This document shows, piece after piece, positions 9,998 through 20,371 of a stretch of DNA of 64,000 nt (position 1 is the first letter of the stretch; every line of letters begins with the position of its first letter). The position numbers and the translations under genes are program-made. The notes beneath the pieces were generated by a model. The model was given only the letters and a program-made list of their open reading frames with translations. It did not search any database and was not told the DNA's origin. Source of the DNA: a virus (Duplodnaviria > Caudoviricetes); the IMG/VR virus record IMGVR_UViG_3300009370_001552, positions 13,341 to 77,340 of that record. One strand, 5' to 3'.

Positions 9998-10437
9998 GGT
10001 AAATTTAGTTTTTTCAGTTCCTTTGGATCCACTCCATATTTCTGAAGTATCGTTTTTAGATTTGCTTTGTTCTGTTCTGTTGAATAAAACACATCTAAAT
10101 ATTCTCTTGCCTCTGATAAACTCACTTCATAATATTTAGAAATTATTTCCAATAACCATTTTTCATATTTCATTTTAGTTTTCCCCTTAACATACCGCAA
10201 CCACTGCTTACCCTTTGGTAATATGTTTGTGTATAACTTGTATAACTCTTTTGGTTTCAGATTGTATCTCTGAAATTCATTTACTACATCAACATATTCC
10301 ATCTTCATAGATAGAAACCTATGTATCATATAGTTAGACCACTGCTTCTTCTCTGTTTCGTTCAGAGAATCCCAATAACCTTTAGTTTGTTTTTGTGTAA
10401 TATGTGTAACGTGGTCGAATAGACCTTTATTTTTCAT
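9994..10437 (-). CDS. Clamp loader small subunit (T4 gp62-like)
   Basis: YMIHRFLSM...KGKQWLRYVK...ISKYYEVSLSEAREY pattern. Confidence 0.7.
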   Translation of the reverse strand: MKNKGLFDHVTHITQKQTKGYWDSLNETEKKQWSNYMIHRFLSMKMEYVDVVNEFQRYNLKPKELYKLYTNILPKGKQWLRYVKGKTKMKYEKWLLEIISKYYEVSLSEAREYLDVFYSTEQNKANLKTILQKYGVDPKELKKLNLP

Positions 10438-10473
10438 AACTATAATTATTAAACTACTTTCTCAAAATCAGTT

Positions 10474-10875
10474 TTAATAGCTTCCCCAGAACGAACTTCC
10501 ACTTTCAACCGCGGATGTGTCCAATGTGGTAGAACCCGATTGCCAGGCTAAATTATAACTTGGATATGATCCAGTCCGTGCATTTAATGCATCTGTAAGT
10601 GTAGAAGCTATACTTGAAGTAAATGAACCCCAATTATCCCCATATGAAGTCTTTATCCAACTCTCCATAGATGAAGTAGTTACATTATCCCATGCAACAA
10701 AACTTTCCGTTACAGCCGCAACAAGTTCAGTAGAATAATCTATTCTCTCATAATTTAATATACCAGCTACTGATGATGAACCACTATCCATAAATGAATA
10801 GTTAACATTTCTTACAACATCAACAAATGAACTGCTAAAATCGTATCTCCAACAATTTCTTACTTGAAAATCCAT
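10474..10875 (-). CDS. Hypothetical Ser/Thr-rich protein (possibly virion-associated)
   Basis: Composition differs from neighbours; has own AGGAG and upstream promoter motif. Confidence 0.5.
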   Translation of the reverse strand: MDFQVRNCWRYDFSSSFVDVVRNVNYSFMDSGSSSVAGILNYERIDYSTELVAAVTESFVAWDNVTTSSMESWIKTSYGDNWGSFTSSIASTLTDALNARTGSYPSYNLAWQSGSTTLDTSAVESGSSFWGSY

Positions 10876-10906
10876 TTAAATTCTCCTATACTATAATTTA
10901 CCATTA

Positions 10907-10914
10907 ATAAATAT
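10907..10914 (-). promoter_or_regulatory. Putative phage promoter motif ATATTTAT
   Basis: Intergenic TGATATTTAT upstream of 10875. Confidence 0.45.
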
Positions 10915-10919
10915 CACAA

Positions 10920-11531
10920 TTAAAAACATTCATTAAATAATAAATGAACTCTATTCTCTTTTTTATCATAAGTAGACGGGTTTACCGCTGTATGTGAATT
11001 ACTTGCTTCTATTTCATATACAAACCCATCATCTGGTATATGAAATCCAATACCGTGTGAAGATTCTAATATATCATCATTATATATATTACTCTCATTA
11101 GTTCTAACATAATAAAAACTATCTACTGGGGATATTATTGGAAGATGCCATCTTCGTTCAAAATCACGATGCATATTATAAACACTCTCTGGTTTCATTA
11201 TCATGATTCTAATTCTACCTATTGAAAATTGTAATTTCATTTCATTACAAACCTTCCAAATATAAGGACACATAGTTTCTAATTTAGGGTTTAATACAGA
11301 AAAATCTTTCTCACTATATTTCATACCTGGATTTGTTTTTTCCCAAAATAAACTACCTACATTTTGAACCCACCTTTTATCTTCTTCACAATCTTCAGTA
11401 TAGGTTAACCCTATCTGATTGAATCCACCCTGATCACTTTCTACTTCAGAATCCAATATCTTCCAATCTCGTTTTAAAGCATAACTATCAAATCTAATAT
11501 TTAATCGTTTTATAAAATCACTTGTTTTCAA
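10920..11531 (-). CDS. 2OG-Fe(II) dioxygenase, Asp/Asn beta-hydroxylase-like
   Basis: RIRIMIMKP..YNMHRD..RWHLPI...HTAVN..RVHL (HxD...H facial triad). Confidence 0.7.
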   Translation of the reverse strand: MKTSDFIKRLNIRFDSYALKRDWKILDSEVESDQGGFNQIGLTYTEDCEEDKRWVQNVGSLFWEKTNPGMKYSEKDFSVLNPKLETMCPYIWKVCNEMKLQFSIGRIRIMIMKPESVYNMHRDFERRWHLPIISPVDSFYYVRTNESNIYNDDILESSHGIGFHIPDDGFVYEIEASNSHTAVNPSTYDKKENRVHLLFNECF

Positions 11532-12027
11532 GTGTAATCTCCCTTATTCTACCATCAAAATTAATTATAAAATTAACTACTTCGAGTATTCTATCAACTT
11601 TTAATTTTTTACCGTCCCACCATTCTGTTATTCTTGGTGTATCTGTCCAGCCAGGTCTAATCAAAGAACATTTCACCCCAGTAGATTCCATAAAATATTT
11701 AAAATTTGTTTTATCTAAAAGTCTTTTACCTTCACTATAATCATGTCCTTTACCAAAATCAGGTGCATTTGAACCAATAGAAATTATCATTTTACTTGAG
11801 TCGTTTTTCCATTTGGAATAAACATACTTTAATGCATCAGATTGTGCATTAGGATTATCATCATCATAGGCGTTGTTAATAAACAAATCACATTTCTCAT
11901 CAAACCACTCTGATATTTCTGTTATAGGTTTATCATTAGACCTACTCGTACCAATTATCTTACCTTCAAGGTTTTCATAGAGATGTTTTCCTATACCAGA
12001 AGTATGACCTGTAATTATAACATACAC
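11518..12027 (-). CDS. Short-chain dehydrogenase/reductase
   Basis: ITGHTSGIG, FINNA, YSEGK (YxxxK), PGWTDT. Confidence 0.8.
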   Translation of the reverse strand: MYVIITGHTSGIGKHLYENLEGKIIGTSRSNDKPITEISEWFDEKCDLFINNAYDDDNPNAQSDALKYVYSKWKNDSSKMIISIGSNAPDFGKGHDYSEGKRLLDKTNFKYFMESTGVKCSLIRPGWTDTPRITEWWDGKKLKVDRILEVVNFIINFDGRIREITLENK

Positions 12028-12028
12028 T

Positions 12029-12367
12029 TTATAGTTGAATCAATACGGCTATAAAACATAAAAGTATTGATAGTCCAATCTTCCAAGTAATTGCCTCACC
12101 AATAAACATCCAAGTAAATAATGCAAATATTAATGTTCCCATAAAATGTGACATAATCTTGAAGAACCAAGCTTGATTTGAAAATGCAAAACTATATTTT
12201 ACAGCGTATGCAAATAATAATCCAGTAGGAATTGCTGCTAACAATGCGGGTATAGGTGGTTTTGCCCATTTCCATGCTAATTGACCAGTTTGTGTAACCC
12301 ACGCCAAACTATATGCCGTTGCCATTAAAATAACTGTTAATACAAAATCATTATTCCAAAATTTCAT
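12029..12367 (-). CDS. Small 4-TM membrane protein (DMT/SMR-like)
   Basis: Four hydrophobic segments in 112 aa. Confidence 0.55.
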   Translation of the reverse strand: MKFWNNDFVLTVILMATAYSLAWVTQTGQLAWKWAKPPIPALLAAIPTGLLFAYAVKYSFAFSNQAWFFKIMSHFMGTLIFALFTWMFIGEAITWKIGLSILLCFIAVLIQL

Positions 12368-12369
12368 AA

Positions 12370-14697
12370 TTAAAACCTATAAAATAATGAAAATGTAGAA
12401 CTTCTGGGAATACCAGTCTGAAATCCCCAACTACTCGCACTTGACCAATATTCTGTATTCAATAAATTATGAACTTGTAACTGTACATCGAGATTTTTAG
12501 ATACACCATATTTAATTGATAAATCAGTAAGGAAACTTGATGGTAATGTTGCAGAATCTTCTGTAGATACCCACTCACCATTCTCATCATTGTGTCCATC
12601 AACCGAAACTTCAGAATTATTTTCCATAATATAAATGTCATCATAATATCTCGAAGAAACTACTGCAGTTAAATCTTTCCATTTATATGAAAGATTACCA
12701 CTCAATATAGTTTGTGGAAATCCAGTTTCATACCTTGTATCACCAATGGTTGAATCTACATCAAAACCATATAGTATACTTCTACCTTCTTCTCCAAATG
12801 GTGTCCCCCAAACATTCTCAGACTTTGAATAATTTAAGTTCAATACTAATCCATATGGAAGTTCTAATGTGGTATATAACTCTATTCCACTATAATTGGC
12901 ATCACCTATTGGAATATATTTTCTTCCCTGATAATCATAATCATCAGTATTAGCCATCTCTGGATTTACAACCAACATATTTTTACCTCTAAAATCTATA
13001 TTATATATATTCAATCCACTATTCTTATATTTAACTCCAAATTCAGTATCAATTGCTTCTTCTAAGGTTATATCTTCCTTTGGTTTACCATAATTAAACA
13101 TTGCCCGTATTCGTGGTTCATTTTCTGTTTTCGATACGCTCAACCTTGTTGATAAATCGTTATTATGTGTATAGACTACTCCAAGTTTAGGTGACCAACT
13201 TGTAAATTTCTTATCCCAAGTAATAAGTTTACCAGTAGTATTATTAGTACTAATCATATTTTCTTCTACTTCATAAGTAATACTGGAACGTTGTAAATCA
13301 GCCAATACAGAAAATTTACCAATATTTTGTAAATACCTAACAAAAAAACTTGATTGTGGTTTGTATGTAGTAAAATCCCAAATCTTCCCACCTTCAGGAA
13401 ATCCAGTTGGAACTCCACCAATATTATAATAATATTCATCTCCACCAAAACCATTATTAATATATGCCTTATGGTCTGATATCCAAACTCTATTATCAAA
13501 TCCAGCATATATTTTACTATCCTTATTGAGTGTCTTTGATAAAGTAAGTACTTGACCAAATTGTTTATGGTCAACCCAACTTGTATATTGATGTAAATTA
13601 GGATACCACGGGGCACCTGCATTTACTGATTCATAACTCATTAACCCATTTTCATCTTTACTAACAAAATAAAACTTATCCAATAGTGCTAAAAATCCAT
13701 TACCCCAAGAATAATGTAAATCATTATTTAACTCAACACCATTATCAAAAGTATAACTATGGTGTAATTCTAACATTGGTTTATGATAAGCATTATTATC
13801 TAAACTTGACCTTCCACCTGCATTAATAAAACTACCAACACTATTTGATGTTCCACCTTTTGCAAACCCAACAACATCACTTAAAGTCAAATAGGATTCT
13901 GAATCTGGTACATCTAATGTGCTAACTTGAACGTTTCCACTATAATTTCTACCATACTTAGCAAAAGTAGATGGTGATTGACCATAAAATCCAAGCGTAT
14001 TAAGTGCAGGTGAACCATGAAATACCAATCTCAAATTGTGTCCTTTGTAATTAGTTCTGGCTGAAAGATAATATGCTAAAGACTCAAAATAAGAACCTAC
14101 TTTATACCCATAATCACGAAGATATGTAAATCTTGTAGTATAATTCTCAGCTGTCTTATTAACACTAAACTTTAAATTACGAGAATCTCCATTCCAAGTA
14201 GAATAACCAAAATTAGTTTCTGGTTTATCAGAATCATCAGTAATTATATGAACACTACCACCAAGATTACCAAGTCCATATAAAGATGAACTAACTCCTC
14301 GTTGAACTTGAATTTTATTTGTTGATTGAGATGTTGATCCCCAATTTGACCACCAAACCTTTTTAGAAGTTGGATCATTTATAGGAATATTGTTTATAGA
14401 TACAGAAAGTCTTTGTTCGTCAAAACCTCTTACCCATAAATTAGTTTGAGATTTAACTCCCAAATCATTTCTAATATAAACACCTGGAACATTTGACAAA
14501 TGATATGCTAAGTCTTGTCCCTCAAAAGTTTCAATCTGTTCTTTATTAATATCTGTATATGATACTGGTGTATTTGATTTTGCAATATTATAATCACCAA
14601 CTACAACAATCGTATCACCAACGAAATCACTATCCCACACTATTACTGTCTGTGAATATCCCACACTCATTAATATCGCAATCAATAACTTCTTCAT
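12370..14697 (-). CDS. TonB-dependent outer-membrane receptor
   Basis: Signal peptide; plug motifs (LSNVPGVY, VRGF, INNIPIND, IQVQRGVSSSLYG..GGSVHII); C-terminal Phe. Confidence 0.9.
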   Translation of the reverse strand: MKKLLIAILMSVGYSQTVIVWDSDFVGDTIVVVGDYNIAKSNTPVSYTDINKEQIETFEGQDLAYHLSNVPGVYIRNDLGVKSQTNLWVRGFDEQRLSVSINNIPINDPTSKKVWWSNWGSTSQSTNKIQVQRGVSSSLYGLGNLGGSVHIITDDSDKPETNFGYSTWNGDSRNLKFSVNKTAENYTTRFTYLRDYGYKVGSYFESLAYYLSARTNYKGHNLRLVFHGSPALNTLGFYGQSPSTFAKYGRNYSGNVQVSTLDVPDSESYLTLSDVVGFAKGGTSNSVGSFINAGGRSSLDNNAYHKPMLELHHSYTFDNGVELNNDLHYSWGNGFLALLDKFYFVSKDENGLMSYESVNAGAPWYPNLHQYTSWVDHKQFGQVLTLSKTLNKDSKIYAGFDNRVWISDHKAYINNGFGGDEYYYNIGGVPTGFPEGGKIWDFTTYKPQSSFFVRYLQNIGKFSVLADLQRSSITYEVEENMISTNNTTGKLITWDKKFTSWSPKLGVVYTHNNDLSTRLSVSKTENEPRIRAMFNYGKPKEDITLEEAIDTEFGVKYKNSGLNIYNIDFRGKNMLVVNPEMANTDDYDYQGRKYIPIGDANYSGIELYTTLELPYGLVLNLNYSKSENVWGTPFGEEGRSILYGFDVDSTIGDTRYETGFPQTILSGNLSYKWKDLTAVVSSRYYDDIYIMENNSEVSVDGHNDENGEWVSTEDSATLPSSFLTDLSIKYGVSKNLDVQLQVHNLLNTEYWSSASSWGFQTGIPRSSTFSLFYRF

Positions 14698-15317
14698 TAT
14701 TTCTCCTTATTTATTTTCAATAATTTTGTTGTACAACTTATACCTTCTGTTTTATGTAACATACTTAATGCTGAATGATTCCATTTTTCTGTATGCCATA
14801 ATAATTTTTTATAACCCATTTGTCCTAATAATTCTGGATGATAAGATTTTAAAAAACGAGAAAATGAATTTCCTCTATATCTCCTATCAATATAAAAATT
14901 TATACCAAAAACTTCATTATCTTCTATAAATATATCCTTAATAAATATAAATTCATTTTTTTTCCTGGGACTATAAACCAACCCATTACTTCTATTAAGA
15001 TAAACAGAAATTTTTCCTAAAACATCCCACTGCCATCCAACTATCTCATCTTGGTATTCTAAAATCCAAAATAAAAAATTACCACTCCTTAATCTCCACT
15101 TGGCTTCTTCCATATCCCACATTCCATGATATGGATATTTATCACCCTTCTCGGTTGAAAATTCTTCCAAAAAGTTATCTAATCCCTTTTGTAATTTAAT
15201 CTCAAGTTTATCATTTATTTTCTTAACTCTGTTTAACTCTAATCCATCAAAGTATTCCATATCAAGACATTTATAATTTTCTATATCTAAAATACAACTT
15301 AAAACTTTAATTTTCAT
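14697..15317 (-). CDS. GNAT-family acetyltransferase-like protein
   Basis: FYIDRRYRGNSFS (motif A-like) and N..ALSM. Confidence 0.55.
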   Translation of the reverse strand: MKIKVLSCILDIENYKCLDMEYFDGLELNRVKKINDKLEIKLQKGLDNFLEEFSTEKGDKYPYHGMWDMEEAKWRLRSGNFLFWILEYQDEIVGWQWDVLGKISVYLNRSNGLVYSPRKKNEFIFIKDIFIEDNEVFGINFYIDRRYRGNSFSRFLKSYHPELLGQMGYKKLLWHTEKWNHSALSMLHKTEGISCTTKLLKINKEK

Positions 15318-16198
15318 AAATGATTCACCACTTTGGGAACACGAGATATAAATTTATATCCCCCATCTACTCTTTCCCAAATATCTTTAGTATTGAACCA
15401 TCCACTCGTCCTCTCCTCACCTAAATATCCCAACATAAGACCTGGTCCTTTTACTAATAATTCACTTTTATAGTTCAACTTAACATCATAATCTTTATGT
15501 GGATTCATAATCAATGTATTTTTACCTGTCATTCCTGGCATTAAAACTTCCGTCATAGACCAACTACACCACCAATCACTACCACATTGTTCTTTAAACT
15601 TATCAACTTGATATTGTTCAACAAAATCCGAACCCATAGTTGTTCTTGCACCATCAAAATCTTCAGTACCATTTAACATATCATTCATCTTTGGTGTCAT
15701 TGGAATCATAGTAAATGCATGTTTGTTAATTGTAGATGGATTCCATTTCTCTATTATAAATTTTGCTCCAGATAAAAAAGATGGAATTGTTATCATTAAT
15801 AATGCTGTCGTATTAGATAACTCTGGACAATAAACAAAATCATCTTCTGTATATTCCCACTCTTTAATAGATTCTAAAACGCACCATTCAATACTACTCC
15901 ATGAATGAGTAACAAATTTACTTTTACCTGTTGTTCCAGATGTAGAATAAACTGCTGCAATGTCGTCTGTTAAATATTTAGACTTAGACTCTATCTCATC
16001 AAGATGGTGTTGTTCTATATTAGATGATACAGGAATATATGTTGTGTTAGTTTTATAACACGCAAAGAAATCAATCACATAATCCATTCTCTCTTCAGAT
16101 TTAGATATAAGGTATGTTCCATCTAACTGTTCTGCACGTTTATCTATATGATTGACTATTTCAGGATTAACATTCTGTAACATCTCATATAATATCAT
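15314..16198 (-). CDS. AMP-dependent ligase (ANL/acyl-CoA synthetase-like, shortened)
   Basis: YSTSGTTGKSK P-loop, SMTE, ELLVKGPGLMLGY, WFNTKD. Confidence 0.8.
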   Translation of the reverse strand: MILYEMLQNVNPEIVNHIDKRAEQLDGTYLISKSEERMDYVIDFFACYKTNTTYIPVSSNIEQHHLDEIESKSKYLTDDIAAVYSTSGTTGKSKFVTHSWSSIEWCVLESIKEWEYTEDDFVYCPELSNTTALLMITIPSFLSGAKFIIEKWNPSTINKHAFTMIPMTPKMNDMLNGTEDFDGARTTMGSDFVEQYQVDKFKEQCGSDWWCSWSMTEVLMPGMTGKNTLIMNPHKDYDVKLNYKSELLVKGPGLMLGYLGEERTSGWFNTKDIWERVDGGYKFISRVPKVVNHL

Positions 16199-16793
16199 AA
16201 TTTCTCTATTTTATTTTTGTTTTCATGTGGAAATTCCATATCGGGTATAGGTTTATTTAAAAATTTACATAATTTTTCCCAACCATCTCCCTCATCACAA
16301 ATATTCATATCTAAATAATCTATATTTTTCTTATTTAAAAATCTTATATTACTATCATGTTTAAATTTAGTCCTACCTTTCACCCACTCCTTCTGATGTT
16401 CTGGATAATTTCTAAACACTTCTTCATCACCGACACCTAACCAATTCCAATTATTAAACTTTCCTTGTTGTATTCTTATAATTTTACTCGTAAAACAGAA
16501 TCCACGTAGTCATCTAAATTTTTTGTTAAACTAATATACTTGGCATCTGGATATTCATCTACAATATGACTAAAGACTGTAGGTTCGTAGATAGGATAAT
16601 CCAAATAACAATCATATTTATCAATTCCATCTAATATTCCCACACCAAGTTCTAAGTTATTAGAAAATTTCATTAAGATTTCCATAAAATTATTACTTCC
16701 AGTATGTAACACACTATACCCTAAAATTTGTAATGATTGAGATAAACTTATAGTTCCAGTTTTATTATATCCCAATACAAATATTTTACTCAT
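16195..16793 (-). pseudogene. Sulfotransferase-family protein split by a 1-nt frameshift
   Basis: N half KIFVLGYNKTGT (PAPS loop); C half GDGWEKLCKFL..PIP..FPHEN; joined by adding one A to the A4 run (plus-strand T 16482-16485). Confidence 0.75.
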
Positions 16794-17395
16794 CTAACAA
16801 AACTCTCATGTAATATTAAATTTTCTATATCACTACAAAAAACTATAACTCTCATTCTATCTCCATCTTCAATTTTCTTATAATATTCTTCCCAATCACT
16901 ATTCTTCATAAAATCTTCAAAAACATAATTTCTTGCTGACATTTGATCTATCTTACTATACTCATCATAAGAATACCTTAACATAAAAATATTATCAGGA
17001 ACATCAAATTCTGGAATTGGTGATGGCCAAGCATCTATAATAAACTCATCGTACTCCACTCCATTAGATTTTAATGATTCCTTTAATTCATCTGTCCATT
17101 CCTCTGATGGATTCACTTCAGAATAAGAAATATTTCTTAATCCTAATACAAAAGTAAAATTATTTCTTTTTAAGAAATCTATAAAATCATCATATTTAAA
17201 ATTTCTACTCTCCAATTCTCCCAAATCAATATTAGTATTTATTTCAGTTATATTATCCTCGACCACATCAAATGCAACAAGAGTTCCACAATTTTTATTG
17301 GTCTCTGTTAAATAATTATTTGTAGTCCAATGGTTGGCTATTTCTAACGATATACCTTCTATTTTTTTATCGTGTCCCACTCTACCTTTTCCCAT
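16790..17395 (-). CDS. Hypothetical protein
   Basis: 201-aa ORF. Confidence 0.55.
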   Translation of the reverse strand: MGKGRVGHDKKIEGISLEIANHWTTNNYLTETNKNCGTLVAFDVVEDNITEINTNIDLGELESRNFKYDDFIDFLKRNNFTFVLGLRNISYSEVNPSEEWTDELKESLKSNGVEYDEFIIDAWPSPIPEFDVPDNIFMLRYSYDEYSKIDQMSARNYVFEDFMKNSDWEEYYKKIEDGDRMRVIVFCSDIENLILHESFVR

Positions 17396-17754
17396 TTATC
17401 ATTTGATGTTAATTTGAATGCTCCTATGAATATTTGATCCCATTGTTCAGGTTCTATTAAACTCAACCACAAATGACCTTCTTCATGTTGATATAAATAA
17501 TAAGTATGTCCTACAACAGGCTGAAAACTATACTTGGCATCATAGACAAGTTTATTCCACTCATACTCTTTCATCAATTTGATGTATTCTTCTTTTATCT
17601 CATTATATCGTGTTTCAAAATAATGATTTGTAGATACTATCCGTTCTTGTTTCCAAGAACTAATATTAGTTGGTTTTATTGCTGGAGCACCAACATTACT
17701 TCCATAAGGTAATATTGCTGGGTTATCTGCAACATTATCTGGTTTTTTACCCAC
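17359..17754 (-). CDS. DUF2452-like protein
   Basis: FQPVVGHTYYLY...LSLIEPEQW pattern. Confidence 0.7.
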   Translation of the reverse strand: MGKKPDNVADNPAILPYGSNVGAPAIKPTNISSWKQERIVSTNHYFETRYNEIKEEYIKLMKEYEWNKLVYDAKYSFQPVVGHTYYLYQHEEGHLWLSLIEPEQWDQIFIGAFKLTSNDKWEKVEWDTIKK

Positions 17755-18074
17755 TAAATACCTTTACTATCAGCCCATTCCAAATCTGGTCGAGAAAGTG
17801 CATCTTTTTTTGGTTTATTGATTTCTTCATCCAAACCAAGTCCACTACCTTCTAAAAACATCTTTGGAACTTTACCACAATCACCACAACTATAAACCTG
17901 AACTGGTACAAGTGCTTCTTGTCCTGTTGGTGACATAATTGGTGAAATTCTTTTAATTACACTTGCTGTAATAAAAAGGTAATTCCCACAATCATCACAT
18001 TTTATAGTATCTGCTTTTTTCAAATCCACTTGAACTTCTTGTTGTGGTTGTCGAGGTGCTTTTCTTTTAGCCAT
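17754..18074 (-). CDS. Zn-ribbon hypothetical protein
   Basis: CDDCG...CGDCG. Confidence 0.65.
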   Translation of the reverse strand: MAKRKAPRQPQQEVQVDLKKADTIKCDDCGNYLFITASVIKRISPIMSPTGQEALVPVQVYSCGDCGKVPKMFLEGSGLGLDEEINKPKKDALSRPDLEWADSKGI

Positions 18075-18098
18075 TTTATAACTCCTTTAATATAACTG

Positions 18099-19112
18099 TT
18101 ATTCTCTCCAAATATCTAATGTTGTACAATGAAAACTACCACCAAGTGTCCTTGAATGTCTAAGTTTCATTGGAATAACTTCTATGTTATGTTTGTATAA
18201 TTCTTTATGTAACTCCGTCTGATTTTCATCGCATAGAACCAAGTTTGAATTTAAAGATAATAAATTTATCCCAATCCAAACTGATGCATGATTAAAATCT
18301 CCATAGTATCCAATGTCTACCATCTCTGGACACCAAATCTTATCCCAAGATTTTAATAACTCTGGCATATTATCTTCATTAACTCTATCGGGATTTAATA
18401 AACACAATCCCTCTCTTAACAATGCTATAGTAGAATCTAAATGAACATAACTATACAAATTTTCTAATATATGAACTCTATATTCACTTCCAAGAAAATT
18501 CTGTAACCATTGGGCTCCTAATTTATTACCCGTATTTGATAATAAATATAAGATATCATTATTACATCGTAAAATATTTGCCGCATCAAACACAGGTTCT
18601 ACCTCTGTTAATGTTAATTCATCTAAATTTTCTCTCTGATAACTATCGTTTGTTAATCTTGGTTTTGGTGCTGATACCCACCTTGCACCCTTCTTCATAT
18701 AATCAATAAACTCATTTCTAAACGAAAATGTTTCAAAGTACCTTGACCTCAATGCCATAGGTGATTCAATTATAGTATCACCAATAACAACTACACTATC
18801 TCGTGGACAATAATTGTAATATCCATCTGAAATCCACTCTCCATTTGATAATGTCTTAAAATTATCTTGTGTTTCTGGTCTCTTAACTGTTACTCTAAAT
18901 GATTTAAGAGTAGATACTAATTCTTCTAAATCTTCTTTAGTTTCTTCTATAACTTGTTCTGGATAATAACCTTCTGTAACATCATCAATATTGTCTTTAT
19001 TGGCATAGTTAATACAATGAAGGTCTTTACCCTTTATTGGATTATTTGGATTTTCTATATTACCTACGAATACCTCTTTCAAAGTATCCCATTCATTACA
19101 ACTCTTTACCAT
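18099..19112 (-). CDS. Amidinotransferase (glycine/inosamine amidinotransferase family)
   Basis: NEWDTLKEVFVG, CPRD, FDAAN, HLDST, GGSFHCTT (catalytic D/H/C). Confidence 0.9.
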   Translation of the reverse strand: MVKSCNEWDTLKEVFVGNIENPNNPIKGKDLHCINYANKDNIDDVTEGYYPEQVIEETKEDLEELVSTLKSFRVTVKRPETQDNFKTLSNGEWISDGYYNYCPRDSVVVIGDTIIESPMALRSRYFETFSFRNEFIDYMKKGARWVSAPKPRLTNDSYQRENLDELTLTEVEPVFDAANILRCNNDILYLLSNTGNKLGAQWLQNFLGSEYRVHILENLYSYVHLDSTIALLREGLCLLNPDRVNEDNMPELLKSWDKIWCPEMVDIGYYGDFNHASVWIGINLLSLNSNLVLCDENQTELHKELYKHNIEVIPMKLRHSRTLGGSFHCTTLDIWRE

Positions 19113-19566
19113 TTTGATACTTTCTTATTTTTTCATTAATTAACCAAACACCATCTCTGTTATCTTTCTTATAATTTCCTTGTACTTTAATATTTCCATT
19201 TTTATAATACAATTTAAATAGACCTTCTTTAAAACCACCTACATAATTTATTTCACTTTGTATATTACCGTTTTCATAATACCATTTCCATTGACCACTA
19301 ATCCTTAAATTTCCTACAAAACCACCCTTTACCATTACATTGCCATTTTTCCAATAAAATACAAACCGTGACCTTTTTATCTTTAACCGATGATTCAAAA
19401 GATTATCGAACACGTCCACTGTATTATCTACTAATTTTTTTTCTAAATCAGGATTTTCATCTCTCCATTTCAGATATTCTTTATATCGTGGATCAAATGA
19501 TAACACAACTTTTCCATCAATCTCTATGGCGTTTTCATTATTTGATATTTTCTTATATTTGGGCAT
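19096..19566 (-). CDS. MORN-variant repeat protein (short paralog)
   Basis: G.WKWYYENGNI..E..Y repeats. Confidence 0.75.
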   Translation of the reverse strand: MPKYKKISNNENAIEIDGKVVLSFDPRYKEYLKWRDENPDLEKKLVDNTVDVFDNLLNHRLKIKRSRFVFYWKNGNVMVKGGFVGNLRISGQWKWYYENGNIQSEINYVGGFKEGLFKLYYKNGNIKVQGNYKKDNRDGVWLINEKIRKYQNGKEL

Positions 19567-20371
19567 CTAATTTTATAGGTAAGTTAGGTTCAACATATTT
19601 TTCAAAAAACATCTTATGTCCTTTAACATTAAAATGGCATCCATCAGGACCAAAGTATTGTTCTACTCCATCAACTTTCAATACATCCCAATTTTTATCA
19701 TAATCAAATTCTACAAATTTATTCCTATCCAACTTATTATAATAAAATTTTACAGCATCTACATCCATTTTTAATAATGGTTTCCACCATTCAATAAAAA
19801 GTATAGGAATATTTTTCATTTTACATTCATTTTGAAGTAAATACAACTCTCTTAAATATCTAACTTGTGTTTCATATACTGATGGTAAAATCTGTTCTAA
19901 ATAAAAAATATCAAACATCTCATAATACTCAGGATCATATATCAAATCATGTTCTTTGTACGGAAAATTTTCTGATAAAATATGTTTTCTATCATCAAAA
20001 TCACGTCTGTCTGGACTAAATCTATAATCTACTGAACTGTATTTTTCCCAAAAATCTGCGTTAAAAAATATATTCGTTGATTTACAACTAGCACCTTTAA
20101 AGTCTTTTCTATGTAATACTAATGATTGATGATTTATACCAAGAACTGTTCTAAACTGCTCTGTTATCTGAAATATAACTAAATCAACTTCAGTCTTATT
20201 CAACTCCCACATTAAATGATCAATAATAAAAAGATTACCTGCACCAGAAATAGTATGAGAACTTATATTACAATCATATTTCTCCTTCAACAATGAATGC
20301 CAAGTTTTTTGCTTTGTAACATAATATGGTGCTGAATGTGAACATCCACCTACTAATACTGTTTTTTTCAT
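19553..20371 (-). CDS. SGNH/GDSL-like protein
   Basis: VGGCSH, GAGN, DGCHFNVKGH. Confidence 0.6.
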   Translation of the reverse strand: MKKTVLVGGCSHSAPYYVTKQKTWHSLLKEKYDCNISSHTISGAGNLFIIDHLMWELNKTEVDLVIFQITEQFRTVLGINHQSLVLHRKDFKGASCKSTNIFFNADFWEKYSSVDYRFSPDRRDFDDRKHILSENFPYKEHDLIYDPEYYEMFDIFYLEQILPSVYETQVRYLRELYLLQNECKMKNIPILFIEWWKPLLKMDVDAVKFYYNKLDRNKFVEFDYDKNWDVLKVDGVEQYFGPDGCHFNVKGHKMFFEKYVEPNLPIKLDAQI

